A DNA stretch of 64,000 nt, taken from the NCBI GenBank assembly GCA_024275575.1, contig JAJRYV010000132.1, forward strand, positions 17-64,016, written 5' to 3'. Source of the stretch: a bacterium. Its GTDB lineage: Bacteria > Zhuqueibacterota > Zhuqueibacteria > Zhuqueibacterales > Geothermadaptataceae. Positions 54,075 to 64,000 of the stretch are shown here, one piece after another. The first letter of the stretch is position 1. Each line of letters begins with the position of its first letter. Under the pieces are notes generated by a model that saw nothing but the letters and a program-made list of their open reading frames with translations, was not told the origin of the DNA and made no database searches. The position numbers and the translations under genes were made by a program.

Positions 54075-55955
54075 ATGAAAAATTATCTGCGATTTCTTGC
54101 TTTTCTCAAACCACTCAAATACTGGATTTTCAGTGCTTTCATTTTAACTGTACTGTATATTTTTTTTAACAGCGCCGCTTTATACATTACCGGAACGTTC
54201 ATCAAAACCATTTTTTCACCCGCTTCACAGGGGAAAAGTATCTCCGCGGCAGCGCCTACTCCGGAAAAATCACAAACCCTCACGAGCGACGATTTGCTCT
54301 CGGAGATCAGCCTGAAAGATAAAGTAAAACGCTTCGTCGGTGCCCACGTGGAGAGTGATGATGAGGTCGAAACGCTCAAGCGCATCTGTATTATTCTGCT
54401 GATTTCTTTTCTGCTCAAAAATATCATGGCCTATGGCAAACGGATCATTACCGGATTGATCGAATTTCGCCTCGTTAACGATATTCGCGAGGCGGTTTAC
54501 AGCCACATTCACCAGCTTTCGATGAGCTTTTTCGATAATACAAAATCAGGCGAAATCACCAGCATAACTTTCAATGATGTGGGGTCGATCAAAAACATGC
54601 TGCGCATGAGTTTCGAGAAAATCATCCTCGTACCCCTGGAAATTCTTGCCTATTTTTCATGGCTGATCATTCTCAGTTGGAAACTGACGCTGTACATCTT
54701 CATCATCATTCCGCTTATCGCCATCATCATCACGCAAATTGGCTCCAGCATTCGCCGCAAAAGCAAACGGATATTTGCCCAGGTCGCCGAGGTTCTGAAC
54801 CTGCTGACGGAAAATCTCAACGCCATTCGTATCGTCAAAGCCTTTGCGACCGAGGCTTACGAAATCGCCCGTTTTAAAAAAGAAAACGAGAAATACTACC
54901 ACCTTTCACTGCGGCAGCGGAAGTTGAGCGCACTCACCTCACCGCTCAATGAAGTCATCGGCGCATACATTGCCGTGCTGCTGCTATGGTTTGGTGGCCG
55001 TGAAGTCTTGCAAGGCCAGGGCCTCGAAGCTGACGATTTCATGCAGTACATCATTTTCCTGTTTATGATGTTTGCCCCGCTGCGCCAGCTTTCCGGTCTC
55101 AACAACACCATTCAGATCGGCCTCGGCGCCGGCGATCGCGTTCTGCGCCTGCTGGATACAAAACCACAAATCGCCGACAAATCAGACGCCCGGCCAATCA
55201 CTGATTTTCAGCAGGGAATAGAAATTAAAAACATGACTTTTCGCTATAAAAACGACCTACCTGCGGCGCTGAAAAACATCAATTTATCCATCAAAAAAGG
55301 GCAGATGCTGGCCTTTATCGGGCCCAGCGGCGCAGGAAAAACGACCCTGGTCAATTTAATTCCACGTTTTTATGAAGTCAGCAGTGGTTCGATTTCAATC
55401 GACGGTTTTGACCTGCGAGATTTGCAAACCCGATCATTGCGCAAGTTGATGGGGATCGTCACACAGGAGTCCATTCTTTTTAATGATACCGTACGAGTCA
55501 ATATCAGCTACGGGGTGGAAAATGCCGGGGATGAAGCGATCATCAATGCGGCAAAAATTGCCAACGCCTGGGAATTTATTAAAACGATGGAAAAAGGTCT
55601 CGATACGGTCATCGGTGAGCGCGGTGTCATGCTATCCGGCGGCCAGCGACAGCGTCTCTCCATCGCTCGCGCTATTCTGAAAAATCCGCCAATTCTCATC
55701 CTCGACGAGGCCACTTCCGCCCTTGATACGGAATCGGAAAAACTGGTGCAAGCGGCGTTAAACTCACTCATGAAAAACCGCACCGTTTTTGTGATTGCAC
55801 ACCGTTTATCGACAATTATCAGAGCGGACAGGATTGTTGTTCTGAAAGATGGCCGTATCGTCGAATCCGGCAAACATGAGGAATTACTGGCAAAAGATGG
55901 AACCTACAGCCGGCTTTACGAACTGCAATTTGCCGGCAAAAGCGAAAATGCCTGA
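54075..55955 (+). CDS. msbA: ABC transporter permease/ATPase, MsbA-like lipid A exporter
   Basis: Six-helix TMD followed by an NBD with Walker A GPSGAGKTT, signature LSGGQRQRLSIAR and Walker B ILILDEATSALD. It lies next to LPS genes. The msbA assignment rests on context. Confidence 0.75.
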   Translation: MKNYLRFLAFLKPLKYWIFSAFILTVLYIFFNSAALYITGTFIKTIFSPASQGKSISAAAPTPEKSQTLTSDDLLSEISLKDKVKRFVGAHVESDDEVETLKRICIILLISFLLKNIMAYGKRIITGLIEFRLVNDIREAVYSHIHQLSMSFFDNTKSGEITSITFNDVGSIKNMLRMSFEKIILVPLEILAYFSWLIILSWKLTLYIFIIIPLIAIIITQIGSSIRRKSKRIFAQVAEVLNLLTENLNAIRIVKAFATEAYEIARFKKENEKYYHLSLRQRKLSALTSPLNEVIGAYIAVLLLWFGGREVLQGQGLEADDFMQYIIFLFMMFAPLRQLSGLNNTIQIGLGAGDRVLRLLDTKPQIADKSDARPITDFQQGIEIKNMTFRYKNDLPAALKNINLSIKKGQMLAFIGPSGAGKTTLVNLIPRFYEVSSGSISIDGFDLRDLQTRSLRKLMGIVTQESILFNDTVRVNISYGVENAGDEAIINAAKIANAWEFIKTMEKGLDTVIGERGVMLSGGQRQRLSIARAILKNPPILILDEATSALDTESEKLVQAALNSLMKNRTVFVIAHRLSTIIRADRIVVLKDGRIVESGKHEELLAKDGTYSRLYELQFAGKSENA

Positions 55956-56586
55956 GATTATTTCCCTGAAAAACTCGCGGCAAAATCAATCGGTGCAACG
56001 CGCGGCAAATTTACTCGCACAGGGTGAGATAATCATCGCGCCGACCGACACCTTGTACGGCATGTTCGCCTGCGCTCAAAACCACGATGCCGTGGAAAAA
56101 ATATTCACACTCAAAAAACGGCGCCCTGATCATGCGTTGCCGTTAATTGCTGCAAGCCAGGAACAAGTTGGCCAATATGTTTTGTTTTCAAAAGCAGAAC
56201 ACCTGATCGCTGCCGCATTTTGGCCGGGGCCATTGACGATCGTTCTACAGGCGAGAAAAACACATGGTCTCGTCTCGGCATGCGTTGAGCAGGGTTTTAT
56301 CGCGGTACGTGTGCCGGCGAATACATTCAATCGCGAAATTGCAGCGGCAACAGATAATCTGCTGACGGCGACGAGCACGAATTTTTCCGGCGAAAAACCG
56401 GCGAGCTGCGTGGCAGAAATCCAGCCGCTGATTAAAAATAAAGTTGCCGCCGTTTTTGATGCTGGTGCAAGTATCAACCAAACAGCATCAACGATTATTA
56501 AAATTGAAAATAATCGCCTGAAATTGCTTCGTGCGGGCCCGGTTTCGCCAGAACAGATTTACCAATCTACAGGAATTTCACAGTGA
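55948..56586 (+). CDS. tsaC: L-threonylcarbamoyladenylate synthase (YrdC/TsaC family)
   Basis: ATG 55948 overlaps the msbA end by 8 nt. IIIAPTDTLYGMFA, KKRRPDHALPLI, WPGPLTIVL and VAVRVP are present. Confidence 0.8.
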   Translation: MPEIISLKNSRQNQSVQRAANLLAQGEIIIAPTDTLYGMFACAQNHDAVEKIFTLKKRRPDHALPLIAASQEQVGQYVLFSKAEHLIAAAFWPGPLTIVLQARKTHGLVSACVEQGFIAVRVPANTFNREIAAATDNLLTATSTNFSGEKPASCVAEIQPLIKNKVAAVFDAGASINQTASTIIKIENNRLKLLRAGPVSPEQIYQSTGISQ

Positions 56587-57077
56587 AAAATGAATATGGT
56601 ATTTTATTCGTTTGCACCGGCAATACCTGCCGCAGTCCCATGGCCGAGGGATTATTAAAACTGAAATTACCTGCCGATATCGCAGTATTTGTATCGGTTC
56701 AATCTGCAGGTATTCTCGGGCTCACCGGATCACCGGCTGCGGCCAACGCGATAAACGCCGTGCATGAATACGGCGTCGATATTATGGGCCATGTAACACA
56801 ACCGATCACTATAGATTTGCTGCGTAAGAGCAATCTCGTGCTCTGCATGGCGCGCAATCACCACGATTTCCTCGTCGATAAATTTCCCACATTTCGTGAT
56901 AATTATTTCCTGCTTAAAAATTTTGCCGCAACAAAAAAAGTACAAAACCCCGATATTTTTGATCCCATCGGCGGTAAATTATCGGCATACAGGGAGTGCT
57001 GCCAAATTATCGACCGGGAAATCGAGCGCATATTACCGGTTATTTTGCGATTTATCGAGGGGGCATTGGCCGAGTAA
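56583..57077 (+). CDS. Low-molecular-weight protein phosphatase (LMW-PTP / YwlE-like)
   Basis: GTG start overlapping the tsaC stop. The CX5R(S) P-loop is VCTGNTCRSPMAE, and the DP motif is DIFDPIG. Confidence 0.85.
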   Translation: MKNEYGILFVCTGNTCRSPMAEGLLKLKLPADIAVFVSVQSAGILGLTGSPAAANAINAVHEYGVDIMGHVTQPITIDLLRKSNLVLCMARNHHDFLVDKFPTFRDNYFLLKNFAATKKVQNPDIFDPIGGKLSAYRECCQIIDREIERILPVILRFIEGALAE

Positions 57078-57375
57078 AAACAAATCACCTATCAACCGGG
57101 GCACTGTAGATTTGCGGTTGAAAACACTGATATCTGAAACTCGGCTACACATTCCCGCGTTGAAGAAACAAGTGTGGTATAACATTTTGACGCGGGTGTT
57201 TTTATCTTTAAGAATTTAATTAAAAAAATGTGATTTGTATTTCTATTATTCCTTTAATAACAGATATTTAAACGCCATTACCCTGCTTTTAATTCACAAT
57301 CTTTCGATAAAGATTCTCCCGTTTCGACCAATATCTGTAATGTAACCTCATTGCAGATTCCGAAAGGCCTAACGC

Positions 57376-58239
57376 ATGATTTTTTTCACATCCCGAAAAG
57401 CACTTTTCACTATCATTTTTATGCTCTCATTCGCCGTCTTGAGCGCACAGGTAAAAGACGATGAGACTCTGGAAGCGATATTCGCAGCAAATGAGAATAC
57501 GACGGTGAAAACCGATAGCAATGAGGAGATTTTACCCCCTCTGCGTATCATCGAAAACAATGCGTTTGACGTCGGCGAGCATTTGCTTTTCAGCATTCGC
57601 TACGGCCCCATCGTCGCTGGAAAATCGAGCATGTCGATTCCGAAGCTGATAAATCTCGATGGTCACCCGACTTTTCACATTCAGACCAAAGCATGGTCGA
57701 ACAGGTTTTTCAGCAAATTTTTCAAGGTCGAAGATCAGGCGGATTCGTATATCGACCAGCGCGGTATTTTCAGTTGGAAATTTGAAAAAAAGATTCGCGA
57801 GGGACGGTATAAAAAAAACAAAAAATATATTTACGATCAGTATAATCACCTCGCTTATACTCCAAAAGATACGCTCGAAATTCAGCCTTTTGTGCAGGAT
57901 GTACTTTCGGCGTTATACTTTATCCGCACTCAGCAATTTGAACCGGGTGATACGCTGCAAGTTGAAAACCAGTCCGACAGCAAAGTCTACCCGCTAAACG
58001 TCATCATTCACAAGCGGGAGACGGTGAAAGTCAAAGCTGGAAAATTTAAATGCATCGTCGTCGAGCCGGTTTTGCGCGGCGAGGGAATTTTTAAAGCGAA
58101 AGGCCGCATCATTGTGCATATGACGGATGATGAGAAAAAAATCCCGGTTTTGATGACGACAAAAATTTATATCAAAGGCTTTAGTCTCGGGGGCATCGTT
58201 GCAGAGTTGGAGAAGATCGAAGGCATTCCCGGTTATTAA
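57376..58239 (+). CDS. DUF3108-like exported protein
   Basis: A signal peptide is present. GEHLLFSIRYGPIVAGKSSMSI and the late ...VPVLMTTKIYIKGFSLGGIVAEL are typical of DUF3108 by eye. Confidence 0.55.
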   Translation: MIFFTSRKALFTIIFMLSFAVLSAQVKDDETLEAIFAANENTTVKTDSNEEILPPLRIIENNAFDVGEHLLFSIRYGPIVAGKSSMSIPKLINLDGHPTFHIQTKAWSNRFFSKFFKVEDQADSYIDQRGIFSWKFEKKIREGRYKKNKKYIYDQYNHLAYTPKDTLEIQPFVQDVLSALYFIRTQQFEPGDTLQVENQSDSKVYPLNVIIHKRETVKVKAGKFKCIVVEPVLRGEGIFKAKGRIIVHMTDDEKKIPVLMTTKIYIKGFSLGGIVAELEKIEGIPGY

Positions 58240-58422
58240 GCCCTTTCTGTTTTCTTTAACTCACCGGCCGGCGGGCATTTTTTTACATTTCCCGGCAAAC
58301 TTCAGTTGGATTTAACCAACCAAATCCTTTATTAAAAATCAGCTTTTTGCCATCAAAATGTGAGAAACCCGATCGCTGGGTTTCTCAATCTGGTCTTCTC
58401 ATTTTTCAGGACAGGTTATCCT

Positions 58423-59382
58423 ATGTCAAAATATCCAGTAGCTGATCTGAGTCAAATTAAACGCTATTCGATTTCCGGACGGCACAGCAAAGTCAATACC
58501 GGCCTGATGGGGCAGCATTTTCAGACCGGCAGCTCTTTTCAATCTTTCTTCGCTTCACTACCGGATATTCTCGTTGCAAAAGATTTGAAAGAATTTGTCG
58601 AACATGTAGCTCAGGCGCATATCAACAACAAAGCAGTCATGCTCATGATGGGAGCACACGCTATCAAAGTCGGCCTTTCTCCGGTGCTGATCGACATGAT
58701 AAAAACAGGGTTGATCAGCAGTATTTCTCTAAATGGAGCCGGCGTTATCCACGATACTGAGCTCACACTTTTCGGCCAGACTTCGGAGAATGTGGCAAAA
58801 GCACTGGCCGACGGCAGTTTCGGTATGGTGGAGGAAACCGGTAAGATGGTGAATGAATTTATCGTTGCAGCCCATAAAAACGGACTCGGTCTGGGTGAGG
58901 GGGTGGGCAAAGCATTGCTGAAAAAAAAACCTGACAGCCTGCAGCGCAGCGTTCTGGCGAATGCTTACGTACACAATGTGCCGGCAACGATTCACGTCGC
59001 TATTGGCACGGATATCATTCATCAACATCCGGAAGCGGATGGCGCTGCCCTCGGCGCGACAAGTCATCGTGATTTCAAAATCTTCGCCGCACATGTACCG
59101 AAAATCAATGATGGCGGTATTGTGATGAACGTGGGCTCGAATGTCATATTGCCGGAAGTTTTCCTGAAAGCGCTAACGGTTGCGCGCAACATCGCGCCGC
59201 CGGTGAATAATTTTTACACCGCGAATTTCGACATGATCCAGCATTACCGGCCACGCGTCAATGTGGTGCAGCGACCGACGCTGCAGGGCGGAAAAGGCTA
59301 CACATTTATCGGGCATCATGAAATCATGCTGCCGCTGTTCGTCGCAGCCGTGAAAGAACGGCTGAACGAATTGCGTGGATAG
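58423..59382 (+). CDS. Deoxyhypusine-synthase-like (DHS-like NAD-binding fold) protein
   Basis: ATG 58423. MMGAHAIKVGLSPVLIDMIKTGLISSISLNGAGVIHDTEL resembles the DHS-family core block. No search was run. Confidence 0.4.
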   Translation: MSKYPVADLSQIKRYSISGRHSKVNTGLMGQHFQTGSSFQSFFASLPDILVAKDLKEFVEHVAQAHINNKAVMLMMGAHAIKVGLSPVLIDMIKTGLISSISLNGAGVIHDTELTLFGQTSENVAKALADGSFGMVEETGKMVNEFIVAAHKNGLGLGEGVGKALLKKKPDSLQRSVLANAYVHNVPATIHVAIGTDIIHQHPEADGAALGATSHRDFKIFAAHVPKINDGGIVMNVGSNVILPEVFLKALTVARNIAPPVNNFYTANFDMIQHYRPRVNVVQRPTLQGGKGYTFIGHHEIMLPLFVAAVKERLNELRG

Positions 59383-59478
59383 GCTCGAATTATACTTGCA
59401 GTGCATAAATATTCTCTCTATTATACGATAAGCCAAATACACACCTTTCTTTTCAGTTAGCTTCAGAAAACCAAATCC

Positions 59479-62400
59479 ATGCCCGAACAAATCCGAATCA
59501 TCGAACGCGACAGATCCATTATAACCGAGCTGGCCACAGTGCTGACGCAGGATGAGCATAAATTTCTACAGGCAACTGCCATCATCGTGCCCGGTCGGCG
59601 GCTGCTGAATTACCTGCATCTGGAATTAACCCGCAAACTGGGCGCCTGTATCCCGCCGAAAATTTTAACGATTGAATCACTGGGAAAAGTCTTACCGCAC
59701 GTCTCCCGGCGGCAAATCGCCGCAGCAACCCAACATATCATCATCAATTCGCTCATTTGCGAAAATATAATCCCCTGCACACAGCCCGGCATGGAACCCG
59801 ATATCGTCCGTTTTTTTGATGAAATTGCTGAGGCCGGGTTCGGCGCTGAAATTTTCGACCGGCTAACTGACTTGCTGCAGCAAAACCCTTTTTACGACGA
59901 ACGCCATATCCGACAACTCACTGCACAAACGAAAGCATGGCAGCAACTTTATTCACGCTACCTTAAGTTTCTGCAAGAAAAAAAACTCACCGACCGTGCT
60001 CACGATTTACTCGAACGACTCACAGCCTGCGAGAATGGCGTGGAGCCAGGTTTTAAACAATTTGCCGAGCACTATTTTGTCATCGGCTTTGCCGACGCCA
60101 CGGCTACACAAATCAGACTGCTCAAATTACTGCAGAAAAATGCAGCAACTGAATTTTGGCTGCACGGCGATTCGGCCGCACTGCAGCATGCGCTAACCCA
60201 TAAGGACGCCCTGTCTCCCTACAGCCCATTAGCGCATTTCGTTGAAAAACTGAAACTGCAACCGGTGTTTGACGGGCAACAACACAGCACACCGCATTCA
60301 CGGATTGCACGCAGGCTTTTCCGCATCAGCGATGACGTTTCCCCCGTCTCGGATGTTGAAATTCAGGTACATAAGGCTACTTCGCCGTTACAAGAGGTGA
60401 AAGCCGCTGTTGCGACAGCGCAAAATCTCATCCTGAAAAAAAATATCCGGCCGGAAAATATCGTCATCGCAGTGCCGGACGAGGCGGTTTATGGCGATCT
60501 GCTCTGGGCGATATGTGAAGAGGCCGGGCTGCCCGTGAACTACGCCCTCGGTATTCCGGCAGTACGCACACAAACCGGACAATGGCTGTATCTCTTGCTC
60601 GATATATTTGCCAATGACGCACCAATCGCCGTTATTCTCGATCTTTTCAACAATAAACTGGTCAACCCCTGGCTGCAAAGCATCGACAGTGAAATCGACA
60701 AAAACGATTGCATCCGCCATCTGCAGCACATCACAAAAAAACATCATATAACAAATGGTTTAAACCGTTTTGAGGAGCTGGCACATCAGCAAAAATACAC
60801 TGATCTCTGTCAGATTCTGAGAGTCATGCTTGATCTCGCAAAACCCTTCACCGGATTCACCGAACGCAGCCTTGAAGAATGGACTGAAGTGCTGTGGAGC
60901 TTGACCGAAAAAACCGGGCTGCATGAATTTGTGCAAAAAAATCCGGGCGCTTACAATCTGGAAAACCGGGTTTTGAGCGGATGGATCAACGGCCTGCAGC
61001 AATTTTCGCTCGCCGGTGAATTTGTGCATTTAAAACTGACGTCGAAAAATTTCATCAATCTGGTTCTGCAAAATATTCTCAATGTCAAAATTCGGCCGGC
61101 TGGTCAGCCATTTATCGGTGTGCAAGTTTTAGGTATGCTCGAATTGCGCGGACTGTCACCCGAAGCCGTGCTCGTTCTCGGTAATTGCGAGGGGCAATTT
61201 CCCGCAGGGCCGCGACGCGAGCTCTTTTATTCCCAACCCCTGCGCAGCAAACTCGGGTTGACCACAACTTTTAAGCTGGAAAAACTCCACGATCAGCAGT
61301 TTTTCAATCTGCTCTGTGCCGCCCCCATCATTCATCTTTTTCACAGTAGCAGCTTTAACGAAGACCCGCTGGTACGATCGCGCTATTTGCAGCGCCTGCA
61401 GCTCTTCGATGAAAAAAATGTGCACAAAATTCATTTTCGTGCAGCACAGCCATATTTGCTCTACGGTGATCAACTGGCAGAGGAAATTCACCCGGATATG
61501 TCGTACCCAAACAGAGATGATCTGCGAGAATTATATGCCCAAATTGAAAAACGTCTCGACCAGGCGGGTCTTTTTCCCGGTAACCGGGCCGAAGTTTTAT
61601 CCCATTATAGTTATTCGACGCTCAAATATTTGCTGCTTTGTCCGTATCGATTTTTATTGTCGCAACTTAAAATCTGTGATGATAGTTTGCCGAACGCCGA
61701 GTTGCAAGCCACCGATATCGGCATTTGGTTACATAGCGTCTGCCAGTTTTTTTTCACCGGCATTGCCGACGGCAGGCTGGCGCCGCACTGGCCTGACTTG
61801 CAAAAACCCTGGCACCATTTGATCAGCGATGAAAACATGGAACTTGCTTTATTACGCTTGCAGCGCATTGCACAAATCTATGCTTATAAACTCGGTGACC
61901 ACCGCGAAGACCTTATTTTTATGGAAGATGTAGGCTGGTCGATTTTTCTGGCGCACGAGAAAGGATTGGGGCACATTGTACCGGGCGGAAATCATGTGGA
62001 ATTTGAGCGAGAATATCCCCTGCCGGAAATCAGCGCCCGTACCGGTCGCGAATGCAGTGCTGCAATTCGCATTGACCGGCTTGTACAAACTCCACAGGCC
62101 AGCATCGTCATCGATTATAAAAAAACCATTCCTGTGACGAAAAACTTCGAAGCGGGAAAGGAACCACAATTACCGTTCTATTTTCATCTTTTACAGCAAG
62201 ACGCCACCTTTGCAACAGAAGCTGAATGGCAGGGGCAGTACCGAGATTTTAAATCCGCGAAACCAAAATCATTTGCTGAATCCCGGCTTTGTACAGCCTG
62301 GGAAAATATCAGCAAAAAATGGCAGGCACGCCTGACAGACTTATTGGAAAATAATGCCGGTTTTACGGCGGAGCCCTCGGATGAAAGCTGTCAATATTGC

Positions 62401-62490
62401 ACTTTCAGCGGCATCTGCCGCCACATGGAACGGCCTGATGTTGACAAACCCGGGACCACCTTTACGGATGCTGAGCCTGCCGAAGCGTAA
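59479..62490 (+). CDS. addB: AddB-like PD-(D/E)XK nuclease subunit (no intact helicase Walker A seen)
   Basis: 1003-aa ORF immediately upstream of addA. The C-terminal nuclease region (IVIDYKK) and the terminal Cys cluster CQYCTFSGICR are typical of AddB Fe-S nuclease domains. Confidence 0.6.
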   Translation: MPEQIRIIERDRSIITELATVLTQDEHKFLQATAIIVPGRRLLNYLHLELTRKLGACIPPKILTIESLGKVLPHVSRRQIAAATQHIIINSLICENIIPCTQPGMEPDIVRFFDEIAEAGFGAEIFDRLTDLLQQNPFYDERHIRQLTAQTKAWQQLYSRYLKFLQEKKLTDRAHDLLERLTACENGVEPGFKQFAEHYFVIGFADATATQIRLLKLLQKNAATEFWLHGDSAALQHALTHKDALSPYSPLAHFVEKLKLQPVFDGQQHSTPHSRIARRLFRISDDVSPVSDVEIQVHKATSPLQEVKAAVATAQNLILKKNIRPENIVIAVPDEAVYGDLLWAICEEAGLPVNYALGIPAVRTQTGQWLYLLLDIFANDAPIAVILDLFNNKLVNPWLQSIDSEIDKNDCIRHLQHITKKHHITNGLNRFEELAHQQKYTDLCQILRVMLDLAKPFTGFTERSLEEWTEVLWSLTEKTGLHEFVQKNPGAYNLENRVLSGWINGLQQFSLAGEFVHLKLTSKNFINLVLQNILNVKIRPAGQPFIGVQVLGMLELRGLSPEAVLVLGNCEGQFPAGPRRELFYSQPLRSKLGLTTTFKLEKLHDQQFFNLLCAAPIIHLFHSSSFNEDPLVRSRYLQRLQLFDEKNVHKIHFRAAQPYLLYGDQLAEEIHPDMSYPNRDDLRELYAQIEKRLDQAGLFPGNRAEVLSHYSYSTLKYLLLCPYRFLLSQLKICDDSLPNAELQATDIGIWLHSVCQFFFTGIADGRLAPHWPDLQKPWHHLISDENMELALLRLQRIAQIYAYKLGDHREDLIFMEDVGWSIFLAHEKGLGHIVPGGNHVEFEREYPLPEISARTGRECSAAIRIDRLVQTPQASIVIDYKKTIPVTKNFEAGKEPQLPFYFHLLQQDATFATEAEWQGQYRDFKSAKPKSFAESRLCTAWENISKKWQARLTDLLENNAGFTAEPSDESCQYCTFSGICRHMERPDVDKPGTTFTDAEPAEA

Positions 62491-62641
62491 CGCAACCTTT
62501 CGGAGAACAGGTTTCAGCCTGTGCGGAATCTTTGACTTGCTAAACAGAAACAATATTCCCGGCGCAACGGTTGTTTCAAAATTCGACTTGTAAACTCGAG
62601 CAGCACCCTGCGAGTTTTTTACCCCTATACGCAACAATACA

Positions 62642-64000
62642 ATGAATCCACAAGAAAACCCGCAAAACCCCTATCGATCGTTTATCGTCAAAGCTTCGGC
62701 CGGTACGGGAAAAACCTATCAGCTCAGCCAGCGCTATTTGCGTCTCGTGGCAGCGGGCGCTCATCCATCGGAAATTCTCGCGGTGACTTTTACCCGCAAG
62801 GCTGCCGCTGAAATGCATGACCGTATTCTGCACGACGCCATCACCATTCTTGCCGATCGGCAAATTGCCGGGCAAATCGATGGGCAGATGCGTGAGTTTT
62901 ATCAATCAGCGGATGAACACGATCAAACCATACGCCCACCGCTAAAAGCTGTCGAAGCTGCCGAAAAAATCGTCTCTTTTTCGCAGATGGCAAAGATACA
63001 GACGATGGACAGTTTTTTTCAGGATTTGGTCGCGCGTTTTCCTATGGAAGCGGGATCGCACATTCCCACACCGTTCCATATTGCCGATAAAATCGAACTG
63101 ACCGAGCTGCAAAATGAAGCTATTAAGCGCCTGTTCATCGAAGCGGACAAACATAAAGGCACGCTGCGCGAATTGCTCAAAATCTACTTTGGCGGCGAAG
63201 AATGCACACCACACACTTTAAAAAAACAATTGTTGGCAATCTATGACAGACGACTGTACCTTTTTCTGCTCAAACAAAGAGGTCTGTGGCAAAAATGGCA
63301 GGATTTATCGATACCCGGAATTGCCCCCTTTGCAAATTATTCGGAAGATGAACTGGTCGGATATGCCCGGAAAAATCTACAACCGCACGGCAAAAAATCA
63401 GGCCCTAAAACACAGCAAAAATTCGATGACGCCTGGCGACAATTCGAAATCTCACAAAACTTTGCATTAATTCGCCGACAATTTTACACCACAACGGACA
63501 CAATCCCCATAGCAATTCAAAAAAAAATCGAACCGCGGGAATGTGCTGCGATTCATGATTTTTTTGCTGAAACAACACGCCGCCGCCTCAATACAACAGG
63601 TGCAACCATTCTTAAGATTTACGATTTCTTCGAAGCGATTTTCGAGCAATTACGCCTGCAAAAAAATCTCGTCTATTATGACGACATCACCCTCGGCGCA
63701 TACCGGCTTTTTCACAGTGCAGAAAATTTCAGCGCCATGTATAACCTCTTTCTGAAAACCAGCCATTTGCTGGTGGATGAATTTCAGGATACCAATCAAA
63801 TTCAATGGCACATCTTTTCGGTCATCTGTGAAGAGCTGCTCGCCGGGCAGGGTTTAGCAGCAGAGCGGGGCCTGCTACCCACCGTCTTCATCGTCGGTGA
63901 TGCCAAACAGAGCATCTATGGTTTTCGCGGCGGCGATTACAAACTCTTGCAACAGGCTGCCGATTTTGTCAGTGAAAGAGGCGCTACGATCGTCTCGTTA
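62642..64000 (+). CDS. addA: UvrD/AddA-type helicase-nuclease, 5' part (runs off the window)
   Basis: This frame is absent from the ORF track because no stop is reached. My translation reads MNPQENPQNPYRSFIVKASAGTGKTYQLSQRYLRLV...ILAVTFTRKAAAEMHDRI...LLVDEFQDTNQIQW...FIVGDAKQSIYGFRGGD, which covers helicase motifs I, Ia, II and III. Confidence 0.8.
   Translation, partial: MNPQENPQNPYRSFIVKASAGTGKTYQLSQRYLRLVAAGAHPSEILAVTFTRKAAAEMHDRILHDAITILADRQIAGQIDGQMREFYQSADEHDQTIRPPLKAVEAAEKIVSFSQMAKIQTMDSFFQDLVARFPMEAGSHIPTPFHIADKIELTELQNEAIKRLFIEADKHKGTLRELLKIYFGGEECTPHTLKKQLLAIYDRRLYLFLLKQRGLWQKWQDLSIPGIAPFANYSEDELVGYARKNLQPHGKKSGPKTQQKFDDAWRQFEISQNFALIRRQFYTTTDTIPIAIQKKIEPRECAAIHDFFAETTRRRLNTTGATILKIYDFFEAIFEQLRLQKNLVYYDDITLGAYRLFHSAENFSAMYNLFLKTSHLLVDEFQDTNQIQWHIFSVICEELLAGQGLAAERGLLPTVFIVGDAKQSIYGFRGGDYKLLQQAADFVSERGATIVSL

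Noticed and set aside
1-64000. I looked for CRISPR arrays, tRNA/rRNA genes, transposases, integrases, phage genes, toxin-antitoxin pairs and restriction-modification genes.
   Set aside because: I saw no direct-repeat/spacer arrays, no T-loop/acceptor-like structures in intergenic regions, and no ORFs with DDE, tyrosine-recombinase or methyltransferase motifs. This scan was manual, so small RNAs could have been missed.

Overview
This is a 64-kb chromosomal segment from a diderm, LPS-making bacterium. The domain repertoire (GWxTD, CBM9/DUF5916, DUF4097, DUF3108, TAXI-like) suggests an uncultivated FCB-group-like lineage, but that is a guess. I can support about 52 protein-coding genes, one interrupted gene and one gene truncated by the window edge. 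I found no rRNA, tRNA, CRISPR array, transposase or integrase by eye.

Gene content, left to right:
- Housekeeping and envelope genes: smc, an M23 peptidase, plsC, a deoxynucleoside kinase, an M16C protease and fxsA.
- An ECF sigma / anti-sigma / 2x DUF4097 module (24.1-28.1 kb).
- Lipid A genes: a Gfo/Idh/MocA oxidoreductase, lpxB, a DUF374 gene and lpxK.
- A sigma-54-linked signalling block (32.3-39.8 kb).
- A reverse transsulfuration pair.
- An LpxL-like acyltransferase, a CDP-glycerol (tagD plus two TagF-like) cluster, an LPS-core glycosyltransferase block, msbA, tsaC, an LMW phosphatase and addB/addA.

Most unusual is the 32.3-39.8 kb block:
- It starts with an NtrC-type sigma-54 activator carrying an in-frame TAA in the [15 protein letters not shown] motif.
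- A terminator and a -24/-12 promoter follow.
- Next come a 370-aa unknown protein and a small HxxxCxxC protein.
- Next come two paralogous receiver-DUF4388/PATAN proteins. In both, the phospho-acceptor Asp is Glu.
- The block also holds two Ras/MglA-sized domains with degenerate P-loops, one fused to the first protein and one stand-alone.

Other notable items:
- Two AT-rich intergenic regions hold clusters of perfect DnaA boxes (23.6-24.0 kb and 44.36-44.78 kb). Either could be oriC or a DnaA-regulated site.
- A eukaryote-like LIM + DA1-peptidase protein.
- A membrane-anchored reductive-dehalogenase-like Fe-S protein.
- A GH2-like protein fused to a polytopic membrane domain.

All family assignments come from motifs read by eye. 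No database search was run.
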